A stretch of DNA of 64,000 nucleotides. Origin: Lingula anatina. Its lineage: Eukaryota; Animalia; Brachiopoda. A program made the position numbers and the translations under genes. Shown here piece by piece: positions 37,101-50,417 of the stretch. The notes below the pieces were generated by a model that worked only from the letters and a program-made list of their open reading frames with translations, searched no databases and was not told where the DNA came from. Each line of letters starts with the position of its first letter. The first letter of the stretch is position 1. The stretch is from positions 10,044,001-10,108,000 of the forward strand of contig CM120641.1 in assembly GCA_051362555.1 (NCBI GenBank), in the 5' to 3' direction.

Positions 37101-40100
37101 TAACTAAAATCAAATGAGTGCCAAATAAAACATTAGCATAAAAACATAAACAATTTCTATATGTTGTACATTTATATTATCACCATGCACAAAGAAGTCT
37201 AAAGTGCAATTAGTGGACGAAATGTTTCGGGGGAAGAATGGTCATAATTAGGCATAAATAACCATTCTGCCACTACATACATATATGTACTTGTGCTGTT
37301 AACGAGTATATACATACTTGTGCTTGTGCATCAGTGTTCTGAGGACATTGCCCCTGTCCTCCTCTTTGATCTGGTCTCCTATGATCATGATGTCCACTAC
37401 TTTGTTTGCTATATCTGCCAGGGTAACTGCCTCCAAGTCCAGAATTATGGAGCCTGAATCACAAAGGTAACCACACTTTACATTTAAATGTTAAGCATGA
37501 ACTCTTACACATCTGATCAAACAAATATCTAAAATCTCTTAAATATCTAAACCCAAAAGTCAGACGATTTAGTCTACATTAGTGCATTTAAAGCAAATAT
37601 CAGTACTGACAAAACAACTTATGCAGAAAAACTTGTCTATTTGCTCTTTCAAGCTCTTGACTTGTGTGCTACTTCCTCAGGATATAAAATTGTACTAACT
37701 TGCCATATTTTTTTAAAATCCCATGTTATTTTGGGTGACTAAAAATTTGCGAGCAATTCTTACCAGATTCCAGTCCTTTCCTTAGCTCCAGCAAACTGTG
37801 AAAAGACAGAGATGCCACGTGAGGTTTCCCCCATCTTTCTGCTCCTTCCTCTACATCTTCCTCAAACTTAATCCACCTGGCTTTCTCTCTCCATTCAATC
37901 TCATTCTTACCACCAAGGTGAAGCTCATCCAACTCAACAAATATCTTATGAAAAAAAGGAAATGATTAAATTGATCAAATGGTAAAATGTCATCAGCTGA
38001 ATTTCAATTATGGGTGGCCATTTTTTCAGATATTTTTCATCAATTTTATCATTGCAGGGTACAGAATTAGTCCCTTTCTTAACTTATTAAATCAGGAACT
38101 GAATGTAAAGGGCTTTGATTTGATTTAATCTGCCAGCATAAATTGTGTACCACTCAACAAATAAACCTAAACACATTAGTTATTTTCTTAAGGAAGATTT
38201 CAAAGAAATTGTAAAATTAAATTTAAATATTTAACCACATTTTGTAAACAGTGCCTCTTACCTCGTGTGGACTGTGATCGTATTTCTTGGAGATCTTGTT
38301 CTTTCCAATCTCTACAATGGAGGCCAGAGCCACTCTTGGTGTGATCTTGTGGCGCCGTATTCCACGGACATTTTCAAACCTGTGACCTGGAAATTGTTTA
38401 AGGGCAACACTTGTATGTGTGTAATCAACAATGACATCACTTGGATGTGTATAATCAACAATGGCATCACTTGGATGTGTATTATCCTCAAGGGTACCAC
38501 TTGGGTGTGTATAATCAACAATGACATCACTTGGATGTGTATAATCAACAGTGGCATCACTTGGATGTGTATAGTTGACAATGGTACCACTTGGAGGTGT
38601 ATAATCAACAATAGCAACACTTGCATGTGCATAATTAGTGAAAAACTAAATTCTTCTTTATTACATCCAGAATTAAAGTCGATGTCATTTCAAGAGAAGA
38701 ATGCAGCAGCCCATTAAGAAAACAGGTGCAATTTTCCCTATTACTGAAATATCAGTTTTTATCAGGTCTAAGTAGACTATAACTTGAATCTTTCAGTTTA
38801 GACCAACTTCTGGTCTCAGGGTTCTTTTGTGGCACAGTTCTCATGCCTGCAACCAGACTGGCAATACCATCAAAAGTGTATCTTGAATGTGGCACTTACT
38901 AGACATATCATCCAGATCAGCATCCTGCAGATAAAGTGCCTCTTCTGGTTCAGTGGGAACTCTCTTCAGCATGGTGTCCATTTGGACCTCGCTGCCTTTC
39001 TGACGCCTCAGTTTCAAGTCCTCCTCTCCATGATGGTGATGTCTGCGGTGACGCTTATGGCCTTTGGAAGAGGTTGGCTTGCTGACTTCAGAGTGACTTG
39101 GAGGTGGTTGACTTTGAAATGAAACAGTATCATGAAACAAATGATAATGGATAAGTCATGTTTCAGATATTGGTTTGTCTGAAAATTATGTTCACTGTTT
39201 CAATGAAAATATTCAAGTCAAGAAGTTTTCACTTGTAATAAAGCAGTTTTTGGATTAAAGGACTGTCCATTTTCATAACATCTGGCAAGGTTTGTAAAAC
39301 ACCTCCAGTCTATAAATGGAAACAGAATGTTGACAAAATTGACAAAATAGGACACCATTCTTCTTCCCGAATTTTCACAGACCCAGTCTCCTCTCTAAAA
39401 TTTTTTTTCATCAAAAATTCATTTTTTCAAATCTGCCCGTTGCCATTAAAAGAATTCTAGCATGAACTGGTTAAAACTCACTTTTTCATATCTTATAAAA
39501 TAAATGTTAACTTCTTTAAATAAAAAGGAAAAAGGACAACTTCTAATTTATACTATTTTTCTCAGAAAGAAGGGTACAGAAACCAAAACAAATCAATAAT
39601 TTTTTATATGAGTTCATGAAACCTCACCTATGTTTTTCTGCTTTATCTAAATCTTCATCACTATGGCCACCTAGAAAACAAAATTTGATGTCAGGCTGTT
39701 TTCAACAAGGTTTCCAACGACAAATAGTGGTTCAATACATTTAGCGTATTCTGTTAGATCTCACCGTTAAGATTGTACATAGATTTTCATTAGCCCATGC
39801 TGATGCTGAAGTTGCAAAATAAACCACATGATAGAAGAAACTATATATATTTAACATATCTAAAAAGTAAGATACCATCAGGAAAGATCAGTTAATGAAA
39901 ATTAGATAACCCAAAATCTTCAATGCATTAAAACATTCAAAATGTCACACACAGAAAAGCAAATATAAATAAATAAATAAATAAATGATTTTACATGTAT
40001 AAAAAACTTACCAATATTAAAAGTAACAGCTGGAGGTCCTGATTTGGTCTTTTCCGCACTGGGCACTGAGATCATGGGTCTGGCGGCATGCTGGGACACT

Positions 40101-43100
40101 TGGGGCTCATCAGCCACGTCTTCAAACATGGTCGAACGTTCAGGTACATCAGATGTTGCCAGACTAAACTGTTGGGCAGCCACAGAGTCTTTCGATTGTT
40201 TGGAAACCTTGGAATCTGATCTGGGTAACAAAGGCTGACGTGATGTATCAACAGTATCCTCTTGTTCTTCTTCACCGATGTAAAAGGCAGCCTGCAAAGA
40301 ATAAGTTACAATCTTAGCTCCAGTTTAATTTTTTTCATAGATCCATACTGAGACTGGCTTGGAAGCTAAACTGACAAGCTTTGATAATCCCATACACCTG
40401 GGAGTAAATCCTTGTCTAATGGTTGACGTTTCTCACTCAGATGTTTTTGAAATCAATAATATCAGAATGAAAAAAATTTAAATGCTTCAGAAGTCTAATC
40501 AGAAGTACTGAAGATGTGGAAAGCTTTGCACTAAAATCTGGACTATGGCACAAAAATGAAACAAAAACTGTTTATTTTTACTGACACATTTCTTTCATTT
40601 CTTTTCTCATATAGTGTTAAAAAGGCGAGTGCAAACAACACTATAACAAAACTGACTGAACTGTTAATTTACTACTTTAGAACATAAAAGATCTTTTATT
40701 ATCAAGGAATTATCTTCTTTAAAACTGACAAAACAGTATTTATATTTTATATGAAGCTATATATATGAATATATAACTGAATAGAAAGTTTATAATATGC
40801 ACTTCAAACTACAGTAAGCTGGGTCTAAAACATGTTTAAAAGTTTATTTAGCAGGGTAAAAACTAGGATAAAAACCTTATAGAAGCATACAAAACACTAG
40901 TTTGGTAAAACAAAACAAAAGTAGAGTGAATCAGCTATTATTTGAGTGTCATATGATAATGGTGTGAAAACAAGGTCAGTGATGTTTGTCTTACATACAT
41001 GCAAAATAAGGTCTGCCATAGAAATATGAATTTTATTACATTTTTTGTACAAAATAAAGATATTTTGAACAGTACTGAAGCAAAGAGGAACAAGAAGTGT
41101 TGTGGACCATTTTTTTTTTCATTTTTCCCAAAGTATTTGTATAATTTATAAATACATACAAAACAAACTCCACTTAAAACCTCAAAAGTCAGAAACCAGC
41201 CTTAACTGCTAAATATTTTTTCTCCCCCCCTTTCTTGCTGAAGGCACACTGGCAAAATTTCAATATATTCAATATATTCAAAATTACCTTTTACTTTTAG
41301 CCTTTCAAATCTTTCAACTTTTTGCCTGAAGCTTTACCTTGTCAGACTAAAATATATATATTTACTTGAATGAATTAATTAACTTCAATACAGGCCTCAA
41401 CAGTTACTGCAGCCTCTCTATAGCAACATTCTAAATACATATCATGGGCACTAGGCTGATATTTAATACTATATTTAAAACAAAGCAGGCTATTTCTGAT
41501 CTATCTATATAAAATGTGCAACATGTCATGCTAAAAGTGGGTAATGTATCATTGCTACTTGTTGGACAGTCCTTTCTTCCTCTGAAACTGTCATCTTTAA
41601 AAATATGTATATTTTAGTCTTTATATAATTACAGGATTCATATTCTATAGATGCATCCATCTTGGTTGCATCGAAATGATTTATGTGGTGTCTCTAAGAA
41701 GCTCCATAATAAAAAAAAACATCTTGATAACAGTCGGGCCAAATTCAGTGGAGGTAGAATTAAGATTCAGGAACAGTCTGAAATGCACCCCTGGGGCTAA
41801 TTCTGACACATTTCAAGCCCCTCATCACCCCTATCTCTTATCTAACTTTGAAAACCAACAGCAGCATAAAAAAGATACAAGTTTGCAGCTAACAACCAAT
41901 TCGCTACGAAAAACAGGTTTGTCAGTTACAACATAAACACATAACATAAATAATGTTTACAAGAAATGAGTGTTAACATAACATGCTCTAATGTAAAAAA
42001 GTGTAGTTATACAAAAGAGTGCCAATGCTGAAGAATAGTACACTACAGAAAATGATAGTTTCTAGTCAGAAAAGAAAAAGTAAATAAATGGACTGCTAGG
42101 AAGAGTTACCTTTTTTGCTTCCTTAAGGTGGTGTTAAGTGTCAAAATAAAAATAAAATGTATCAGATACAAAGCAATGTTTTGTCCCATTTATTGTTATA
42201 ATAATGCAAGTTTTTAAAGAAGAAGCATAGCATTGAAAATGTATATTTTAAGAAATGATTGGCAAATATAAAACTACATTAATTTTCCCTCAATTTTATA
42301 TTTTTTAATCTAAAAAAGCAATTAACTATGGATTAAGTGTCCTACCTGCACCAAGAACAATAGCTGACAGAAGACTGTAGATAGATAATTCTATAATGTG
42401 ATTAAATGAGCAAGTTATTCTAATTACCCTTATAGTGTATGTACCATCCAGTTTTGAGTTGCAAAATAATAATAATAATAATAATATAATAATAATAATT
42501 ATAATAAAAGCAACTCCCAGAATGAAATAATGAAATATGAATAACAAAATGGTTTACCGGCAGCAGATCTTTCTTTTTTGCTACGTTGTCACTTGTACTG
42601 GCACCATCTACTGTGTCATGTTTTATTTTTTTCTCTTCATCTTCGTTATCCTCATCTTTATCTTTCACATCAGCTAGATCGTCGCTATCCTCTTCAAAAA
42701 CATGGTCACGTTTAGTTTCTTCCTCATAATCAGCTTCCTGAGAAAACAAAAAAGAAAATGATAAAACAGAGAGTGAATGAAAAAATGAATATATATCATC
42801 ACAGGGCAGAAATCCATGCAATGCATATTTGTTTCCAATTTGCATCATTTAGCATACACTTTAACATCAAATGGTCATTATTTTTAATTATCCATCCCTT
42901 AAATTCAAAGCAGAAACACCTGCACCTATTTTCAGACACATTTATTCACAATCATAAAAACAATTAAAAACCCTAATTGAAAGAGCTTTCAAGGACATAA
43001 AGGGTGGCTTTCCTGTGGAGTTAATAATAACTTAAAGATGATTTAAATAAGTAAAAGTTCATTCAGTGGCAATTGTAAATGATAAAGAATTACATTTGCT

Positions 43101-45640
43101 GCAAGCAGAACTCTTTTGATAAAAAGAAAAATACTTTCACACAATCCCCAAAAATTAATTTACCATATCCCATTTTCATATTACAGTCCTTCCAGACAGC
43201 TCAATCCTGATTTTCTTTTTTTTTTTTAATCATCCATCAAGTTCCTTGGAATTTTATCAGAGACCAACAGATTTCTGATGAATAATATATAAAAAACAAG
43301 TTTCCAGGAAATCTGTTGTGGTAGTCAAGGAAACATACCATGACATCACAATGAAAATGAAAGAAAGGCTACCTGTTACACAACAATTAAATTTTACAAC
43401 TTTCATTGTTATGGTCATGAGCTTAGAATATGTGCAACAATAGGTCCATTGTTGCAACAGAGATAACATTAAAGATGCCCAGTTTCCATTGTGTTGATAG
43501 TTTTTACCCTTATGTGTTCTAAAATGTGCACATGTACTTGTTTTTTTTTAATGGAAAAAAGAACGATCCTTAAATGCCATTTATTTGGCACTGGTAATAG
43601 TATGACAAAATTTTGCCTCTGGCTACAAATTTTTTTAACCGTGTCTTGATAAAATACAATGGAGTTGACTATAAAAATTAGTTCAGTTGAATGTTTTTTA
43701 AAACATACCTTAAAGACTTAATCAAGTTTTCCTGTTCAATCAAACAACAAACCTCCAAATTTATATCACTTACATTATTCAACTCCTCCACTCCCTTCAG
43801 ACTGGGTGTAAATGTCAGGGACTTCCTGCCAGAGAAACTGCGACTACGTCCAGATGGATTTTTCTTCTTTCTCACTTTCTTCTTCGGCAATCGAAGAGAG
43901 TGAGCAGACTTGCTGCTGTACAGTCCTTTCAATGTCTGATGTATGTGTGGAAATGAAGAACTGCGGTGACCTAGGAACATACAATTCAGTTCATTAAGAT
44001 AACTAATCACTTGCCACTGGAACAAAGCCGATTTGCACATATATGTTCTTCAACATTGATTGGGTGCAAACGTATTGCAAGGTGTCTGTAGGAAACAATA
44101 TACAGTGTACGTGTAGCACTAACGGACAAGATGGCCGAGAGTAATTATCTGGATGTGATACATATTGATTGTATGAGTACTGTGATTCAATATCCATATT
44201 CAAGTCAATATATTCATTACAATTGCAACAGAATACAGGTTAATATGCTTAACTACATTTTTCATTAAGAACATTTTTTTCTGCATTTTCTTGCACTGTC
44301 CATCTGAAATTAAAAATGGACATATTTCCATGATCAACATATTACCACTTTAACCCCCCCCCCCTCCATACTGGCATTGGCGGCTTGACACCAGCTTTGA
44401 GTTAAGAATCTTTTTAGCGAAGATTAATAAGAGTTGTTGCAGAAAATAATTTCAATGCTAGGCACATGGATCTTGGAAAATAGTGCTCAAGGCAGTCATA
44501 CTTTCAAAAATCACTTTCTTATTTGCACATGATCAGCGTATGTCTGATCAAACACCTAACCTCAATTTTGAAGCATATGAGATTACTTCAACAGCAATAA
44601 ATTAAATATTGGGATAGACAGCCAATTCAAACCATATTACTTAATCGTATAAAATCAATAACATGACTTTTGCAGCAATGTCTTAAATAAGTCTTACTAT
44701 TGTAGTCATTCTCATCAAAGTTCTGACTCTTCTCTCTGTAGTCATTGAATGGCTTTTGTTTCACCGGCTCCGAGTCGTTATAGTCTAAAACAAAAGGGAA
44801 ACTCCTCTTGGGCTCAAACAGTTTCTCCATTGTGGCATCCAAGACATCTGATCTTGATGAACTGCCTACCAGATCCCCCACAGCATGCAGCTAAATGATA
44901 ATAAAAATTATAAAACACATTATACTTTCATATTCACAACAAAAATAAAACTCTTTTACATGCCCTATGGCATTTAAAGAGAGATTGTGAAATTACTTGC
45001 ATTAATTTTTTAGTTTTAGGTAAATAAATACAATAGTGTGGCAGTGAGCAGTGACAATAATTTTCAGGAAAATGAAAACTACATCATTGTTTTGTTTTTC
45101 AATTAATGGAACCAACTTAACTAAACAGTTAATATTTCATAAATACTGAGAAAACATTGAATAAGTAACAGTAACATTTTACAATGTGTCAAAAATACTC
45201 AATATAAATAAAAAAAACGAAGTGTCTGAGTAGGTAATTATTAAAAGGCATTTATGGACTTTCAAGAAAAATAAATTCCCCCAATTACTAGGAAAGTGAA
45301 TCATACTAATTTATATAACATATAATTAGAAACACTTTTTGAGTTGGGATCCAAAATGATCCCAAAAATCCATATCTTCCGATTACTCTGAAAACAGCCT
45401 CATACTTGGTCTGTCACTTAAAAATGTTACCCATCTCAGACCTGAGTAAAGCTGGTAAATCAATGAACTGTTTTTAGAAAGAGGTTCATAGGTAAAAGAA
45501 TGCACAGAATTTTTAGCTCTTCGCTGCAGCTTGGGCCACTGACATCTTCCAGGAAAAGGGTGCTATCTAAATCTAAAATTCTGAAGAGTGCAATGCAAAG
45601 AAATACTGGATTTTTCAAAAATTTATTTTACAGCCCCCTA

Positions 45641-45682
<42 letters not shown>

Positions 45683-46508
45683 TCTTACCTAATTCCCTAT
45701 ATTTTACAAAAATCAAAAATAGGTCCCTTAAGAACATCTCTTTTTAGATATCTTATTTTAAAATGCAGGACTTCATACCTGCCAGACAAGACCTCACGTC
45801 ATCTGCTTTTTATCACAAGCATTTGCAGCTTTTATTTTGACTTTTGTGAAGTATTCATGCACTAAAAGAGGTTCCTTTCAAAATCAAAATTGTAATTCAC
45901 CTTGAAATGGTGATGTTTGCATATAAACATAAATTTGTAACTGATGTATGAACACTATTTTAGGCAGAACATATGAAAACAGAAAGGCATAACACCAGTC
46001 CAAAATACAGCGTAACATTCTGTTTGGCTGATTTTAACCTTCACATTCTCTTATGCAAGGTCACAAATGGAAGCATTTGACGTAAGTACTTTGGAATTAT
46101 GTATACTGTACACAGAAACTCCCCAAAATATTCCCTTGATTGCAATTTGTCAGAAGGTAAATATACTGTGATGCACAGATAGAAAAAGAGATTGGAAAAT
46201 TAAATATGTGGAAAAAAGGTACTTCTCATTTACTAGTCCCGTTCACTAGTTGTTTTCATCAACTCGCATGTTTGGTATCATAATTCATTCAAATAAAGAA
46301 TTAAAACCGTAATAAATGATTATTAGAGCACAGACAAACAAACAAACAAACAAACCGATAAACGGTATAACTATAAAAAAAAACATAACGTCCTTATTTG
46401 AGGTAATAAATAAATAAATAAATATGAAACAATAATAAAACACATACAATATACTCTCACCTCAATGTCTGCCTCAATACTACTCTTGCTTGGTTCTGAT
46501 TCTGCCAT
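28168..46508 (-). CDS. SLC4 family anion exchanger, AE1/AE2/AE3 (band 3)-like Cl-/HCO3- exchanger
   Basis: Exons on minus: 46508-46461, 44890-44698, 43970-43753, 42737-42558, 40291-40012, 39670-39628, 39111-38900, 38386-38262, 37944-37764, 37453-37318, 36655-36578, 36003-35880, 35156-35130 (or 35112), 34195-33887, 33684-33489, 33288-33079, 32808-32660, 31817-31623, 31166-30846, 30610-30521, 30189-30023, 29871-29618, 29308-29139, 28772-28599, 28272-28168. Motifs: [96 protein letters not shown] (Glu equivalent to AE1 E681), [17 protein letters not shown] and C-terminal [12 protein letters not shown]-terminal low-complexity exons are less certain. Confidence 0.93.
38405..38635. repeat. 30-bp minisatellite, ~7.5 copies, intronic
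   Basis: Unit ATG(A/G)CATCACTTGGATGTGTATAATCAACA is repeated, ending about 20 nt from the SLC4 acceptor at 38387. Confidence 0.92.
45643..45681. repeat. (AAT)n microsatellite
   Basis: Direct reading. Confidence 0.9.
46230..46409 (+). mobile_element. Degenerate HINE-like element
   Basis: ACTAGT...ACTAGT start, ACAGAC(AAAC)n microsatellite and an AAACATAACGTCCTT....GAGGTAATAA end resembling the 3' end of the 2998 family. Confidence 0.4.
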
Positions 46509-46983
46509 CCTTAATGTCTAGGGTCACCTGAAAAGACAGATAAAGAAACAAGATCAGTCTTCTATCACTTTGCCCCAATAGACAATTTTTATAGGGATCA
46601 GTCTTGGACAAACTATTACCATTAAAAAATATTTCATCAAACTACAACAGATATTCTTTCAGCAAAGTTGCCAACATGACAGTACTCAAAACAAGAGGTT
46701 AATAATGTCAGTTCTCTATTTGCCCAGGCTTGAATCTTCAAGGATATATACAAAAAAGTTCTAATTCAATATCACACCTCTACTGCCACCTCTCAGAATG
46801 GCACCAACCTAATAAGCGATGACGACAAAAAATAGGTGAGGCACTTACAGTGAACCTCTAACAGGGCAAAAGAGGCTATTATAAGATGTACCTTAACTGG
46901 TCAAAGACAAGGATATAAGGTGTGTCAATACTGGGTACAGCATTTGGTAATGACCATCTAGTGGCAGTTACTTAATGACCATG

Positions 46984-49020
46984 CAAGAAGTTATAATGAG
47001 AAGGAGTAGAAACGGGACATCAATTATCTCTCTCGTCCAATCAAATCGCAGCATTCTTTTCAAAGCGGCGTCCTTTGAAATTCGATCCTCGTAACTGGTC
47101 TAATCCTCCGCTCGCCTCCGCGTGACTCAAGACGGAGAAGCTGAACCAGTGCGTATACGTCTTGATTTATTCATGTTTAATGCGAATATTTGGAAGTTAT
47201 ACTTAGAAAAACGCCAAGTCGAGCGATATAAAGGTGAGTGAGAGTTGATAATCTGCTTTGAGCATTGTTTTATGTTCATACGGTGGCTGTCAGTCAAATT
47301 TCTCTGTGCAGAAAGCAGCGTTAGCTCGAAGATCTGAGGCCGATTCAGCGGGGCCTCCATGTTTAGGACTTTTTTCTTCTTAAGTGCGTGATGTATGCAC
47401 ATAATTTATGTTTTTCTGGTTAGTTAAGCACGTGCATCATTACAATACATCACTTTGGTATTAAATGAATCAATCCTTTAGATGAAAAACATCGTTTCAA
47501 ATAGACAACTTTTCATCCGACTTTTTCAAAATGGCGGGTCCCTAAATTGGTTAGAGACAGTTGGGTGACAGTTTGGGACAATTTTTGGTAATTTTAACGT
47601 AATATATGCACATAATTTATGTTTTTCTGGTTAGTTAAGCACGTGCACCATTACAATATAACATTGTGATATTAAATGAATCAATCCTTTAGATGAAAAA
47701 CATCGTTTCAAATAAACAACTTTTCATGGGACTTTTTCAAAATGGTGGGTCCAAAATTTGATGACAGGGAACTCTCGGAATTTTTTTCAATTTTTTATTG
47801 CAATATGATGTTTGCAGAGTTTCGTTTAGGATATAGAGTTATATTTTGTAATGAATTCCACATTTACTCATTTCAGGTTGAAGAGAATGCAGGTGAAAGA
47901 TCTTTAGTTTTGCTGGCAGATGTACAAGTAGCCATAATTGAACAGTCAAAATGATTGTTTCCAGCAGCAGCTTGATGAGGCACAAGGCTCTGTTTTCTTA
48001 CCGCCACTAATATTAAACTATAGTGCACAAGAGGTGCAAGTTTTAAAAGGGAATTTAGTGGTCCAAGTTTTAAAAGGGAATTTAGTGTTCACTGGCTAAT
48101 TGTCTAAAGTATAAAATAAAATAGTCACCACATCAAAATAAAAACTAACCATTTTTGTATTGCTTTAATCACTATTGGGTGTAACAATATTGACATATTT
48201 TCATTGCTGGTACTTTGTTTTAGATATTATACAAGTTGCTCGAATGTTCAAGTTGAAATAAAGCAATATCAACCAATAAAAATATTTCTTTGATTTTTTC
48301 TTTTAATGAATTTAAACTATCAGTCTACTATTAGTTGGCCTCCTGTAATAGACAATGATATAAACAAAAATATGTATTACTGAAATTTTATTTAGAATCG
48401 TACTAAGTGCAATAACTTATTTTCATTTCCCCAATTTTCCTGTTTAAGCTCTACCTGGTATATAAGCAATAATGTGCCAAAAAAGAAAGAAATGAGGCTG
48501 GCATACGGAAATTGCAAGTACTACTGTTTTGTGTACACGGCTGTGAATTGAATGTGTCATTCCTGGATGAAGATAAATTTCCTTTACACGACAAAAAGAA
48601 TTTAAAATAAATATGAGACTTCTACAGGTGCAAATTTTAGCGTTGAAGGTGGGTTTGTGAAATTGTTCTCATACATTCTTGATGTGAAACTAATTTTAGT
48701 ATAACTAATTGGCTCTAGATCAAATGAAGGTGTATCTCGCATGATTTGAGTTTTATTTCCCAAAATGGTTGCGTCCAGGCTTGAAATCTCTCTCTACACC
48801 TTTCTGTAATCCCACCATGTTTTCTCTGTGAGATTATTAGAGACTTCGCGAGGCTTTATCCCAATTGGCTGAAGCAACCCACGTGAACGGTTTTTGAATA
48901 TGTATTAGGCACAAGCTCTCCCTAAGACCACCAGCTGGGTAATTATTAGGATTAAGCCCGTTACGAGGATAGGATGAAAGGAAACCCCTTGTTTCTACTC
49001 CTTCTCTTTATAACTTCTTG
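46984..49020. mobile_element. Non-autonomous DNA transposon, P-element-like, 2037 bp
   Basis: 30-bp TIRs CAAGAAGTTATAATGAGAAGGAGTAGAAAC / GTTTCTACTCCTTCTCTTTATAACTTCTTG (1 mismatch), flanked by identical 7-bp GACCATG (46977-46983 and 49021-49027). Internal ~220-bp-period duplication (about 47386-47545 / 47605-47755). No transposase ORF seen. The superfamily call rests on CA termini plus the 7-bp TSD. Confidence 0.8.
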
Positions 49021-50097
49021 GACCATGCAACTTGCAGGAAGACCCAACTGAAACCACATTGGATCTTTGTCAATCTGCTGTCACTTTATATACAACAGTT
49101 TCATTATTCCCTTAAAAGATAGTGTTCACTGTAGAAGTTGTCTGCAGGTGTTATGTTTTTGTAAAGGATCTTGCTTTTATTCTCCAGGTAAATCTATGAT
49201 TTCTTGACATTGGTTTTAAATTTCTAAAAAGGCAGCACAGGACCTATATGAACCATTGGTTCAATAACTAGAGGGTTCTGGAACAGTAAAAAAAATTGCA
49301 CCCATGTTATAATATAGTGGGAATCCCTAGCAACCTAACAATACTCCCTCAGTCTTGGGGGACTGTGTATGATCTCACCTGACTCGTATTGAACTCCCAA
49401 ATCTTCTACATGCTTGCAGATTAAAGCAAAACTCAGAACATCACTGCCAGCTTCTAAAACAAGTACTCATTCATTTCTCTTCTACATAAATTTTATAGGC
49501 AATTTTAATGAGGACATATGAAACTTATATGACTTGTGCACAACAATTTTTGCCTTTAAACATGAAACTACACTTTATGACTTCATCGTTTATCTTCTAT
49601 CTACAATGATTGCATGCATTATTGCTTGTCTTTATGACTTGTCCATATACATATATTAAAGACCTACGTATCATTCATATTAATCTTATAGAATATTTAC
49701 ATGACCAACAAAGTCAGTTGTTAAATTATGCAGTTTATTTTATCACAATTTCATTTATCTCAATTGAACAATTTTATTGTAGGATCACCGATTCCAAAAA
49801 TAACAATTTCACATACCTTAATCCCTCACAAAATCATTACATGTGGCAACCCATATCATAAACTACATATTTCATACAGGCCAAGTCTGGTAACAAGCAA
49901 AGGAAACTTCAGACCCATGTACACTGACAGCCCTTTAGATCAAATATTGCATAACATGGATTTGTTGAAAAAATTTGAACCTAGAATGGTGGTAACATCT
50001 TTCTTACATCTGTAGTACTCTAACAAGAAAGATGTCTAATTTTGGCATTAATGGTAAGTATACATACAATCAACACATGCCACAATACAAGTACTAG

Positions 50098-50417
50098 TAC
50101 TAGGCTTACCCAACTACCAGACTCGGCAACGAATGATCCTAAATTCACGGGTAGATCGGACCACATTACCCGTTTTCAAGGTGTGCGTCAGTACATGCTT
50201 CGAGATATCAGACGCGACACCTCTCTTGCCTAGTACGCGATATGATTATGATGCTTCTCAGCAGGACTAGAAAGTAATGCATCTCATCTCTAAATTTGTT
50301 CTGGGGTATGATACTGTGAAATGCATACTGACGCACACCTATGGGTAGTGTGGTCCGATCTACTGGTGAATTCGTGATCATTCGGTGCCGTATCTGTTAG
50401 TTGGGTAGGCCTAAGTA
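50098..50417. mobile_element. Foldback/MITE-like element with ~115-bp imperfect inverted arms
   Basis: TAGGCTTACCCAACTACCAGA..CGGCAACGAATGATC...GTAGATCGGACCAC...GGTGTGCGTCAGTA is mirrored by TACTGACGCACACC...GTGGTCCGATCTAC...GATCATTCGGTGCCG...TAGTTGGGTAGGCCTA. Confidence 0.8.

Noticed and set aside
38405-38635. CRISPR-like regular repeats
   Set aside because: Head-to-tail tandem units with no unique spacers, no cas genes, eukaryotic context.
38265-38717. 150-aa (+) and 106-aa (-) repetitive ORFs
   Set aside because: By-products of the 30-bp intronic minisatellite; the real exon (38386-38262) is on minus in another frame.
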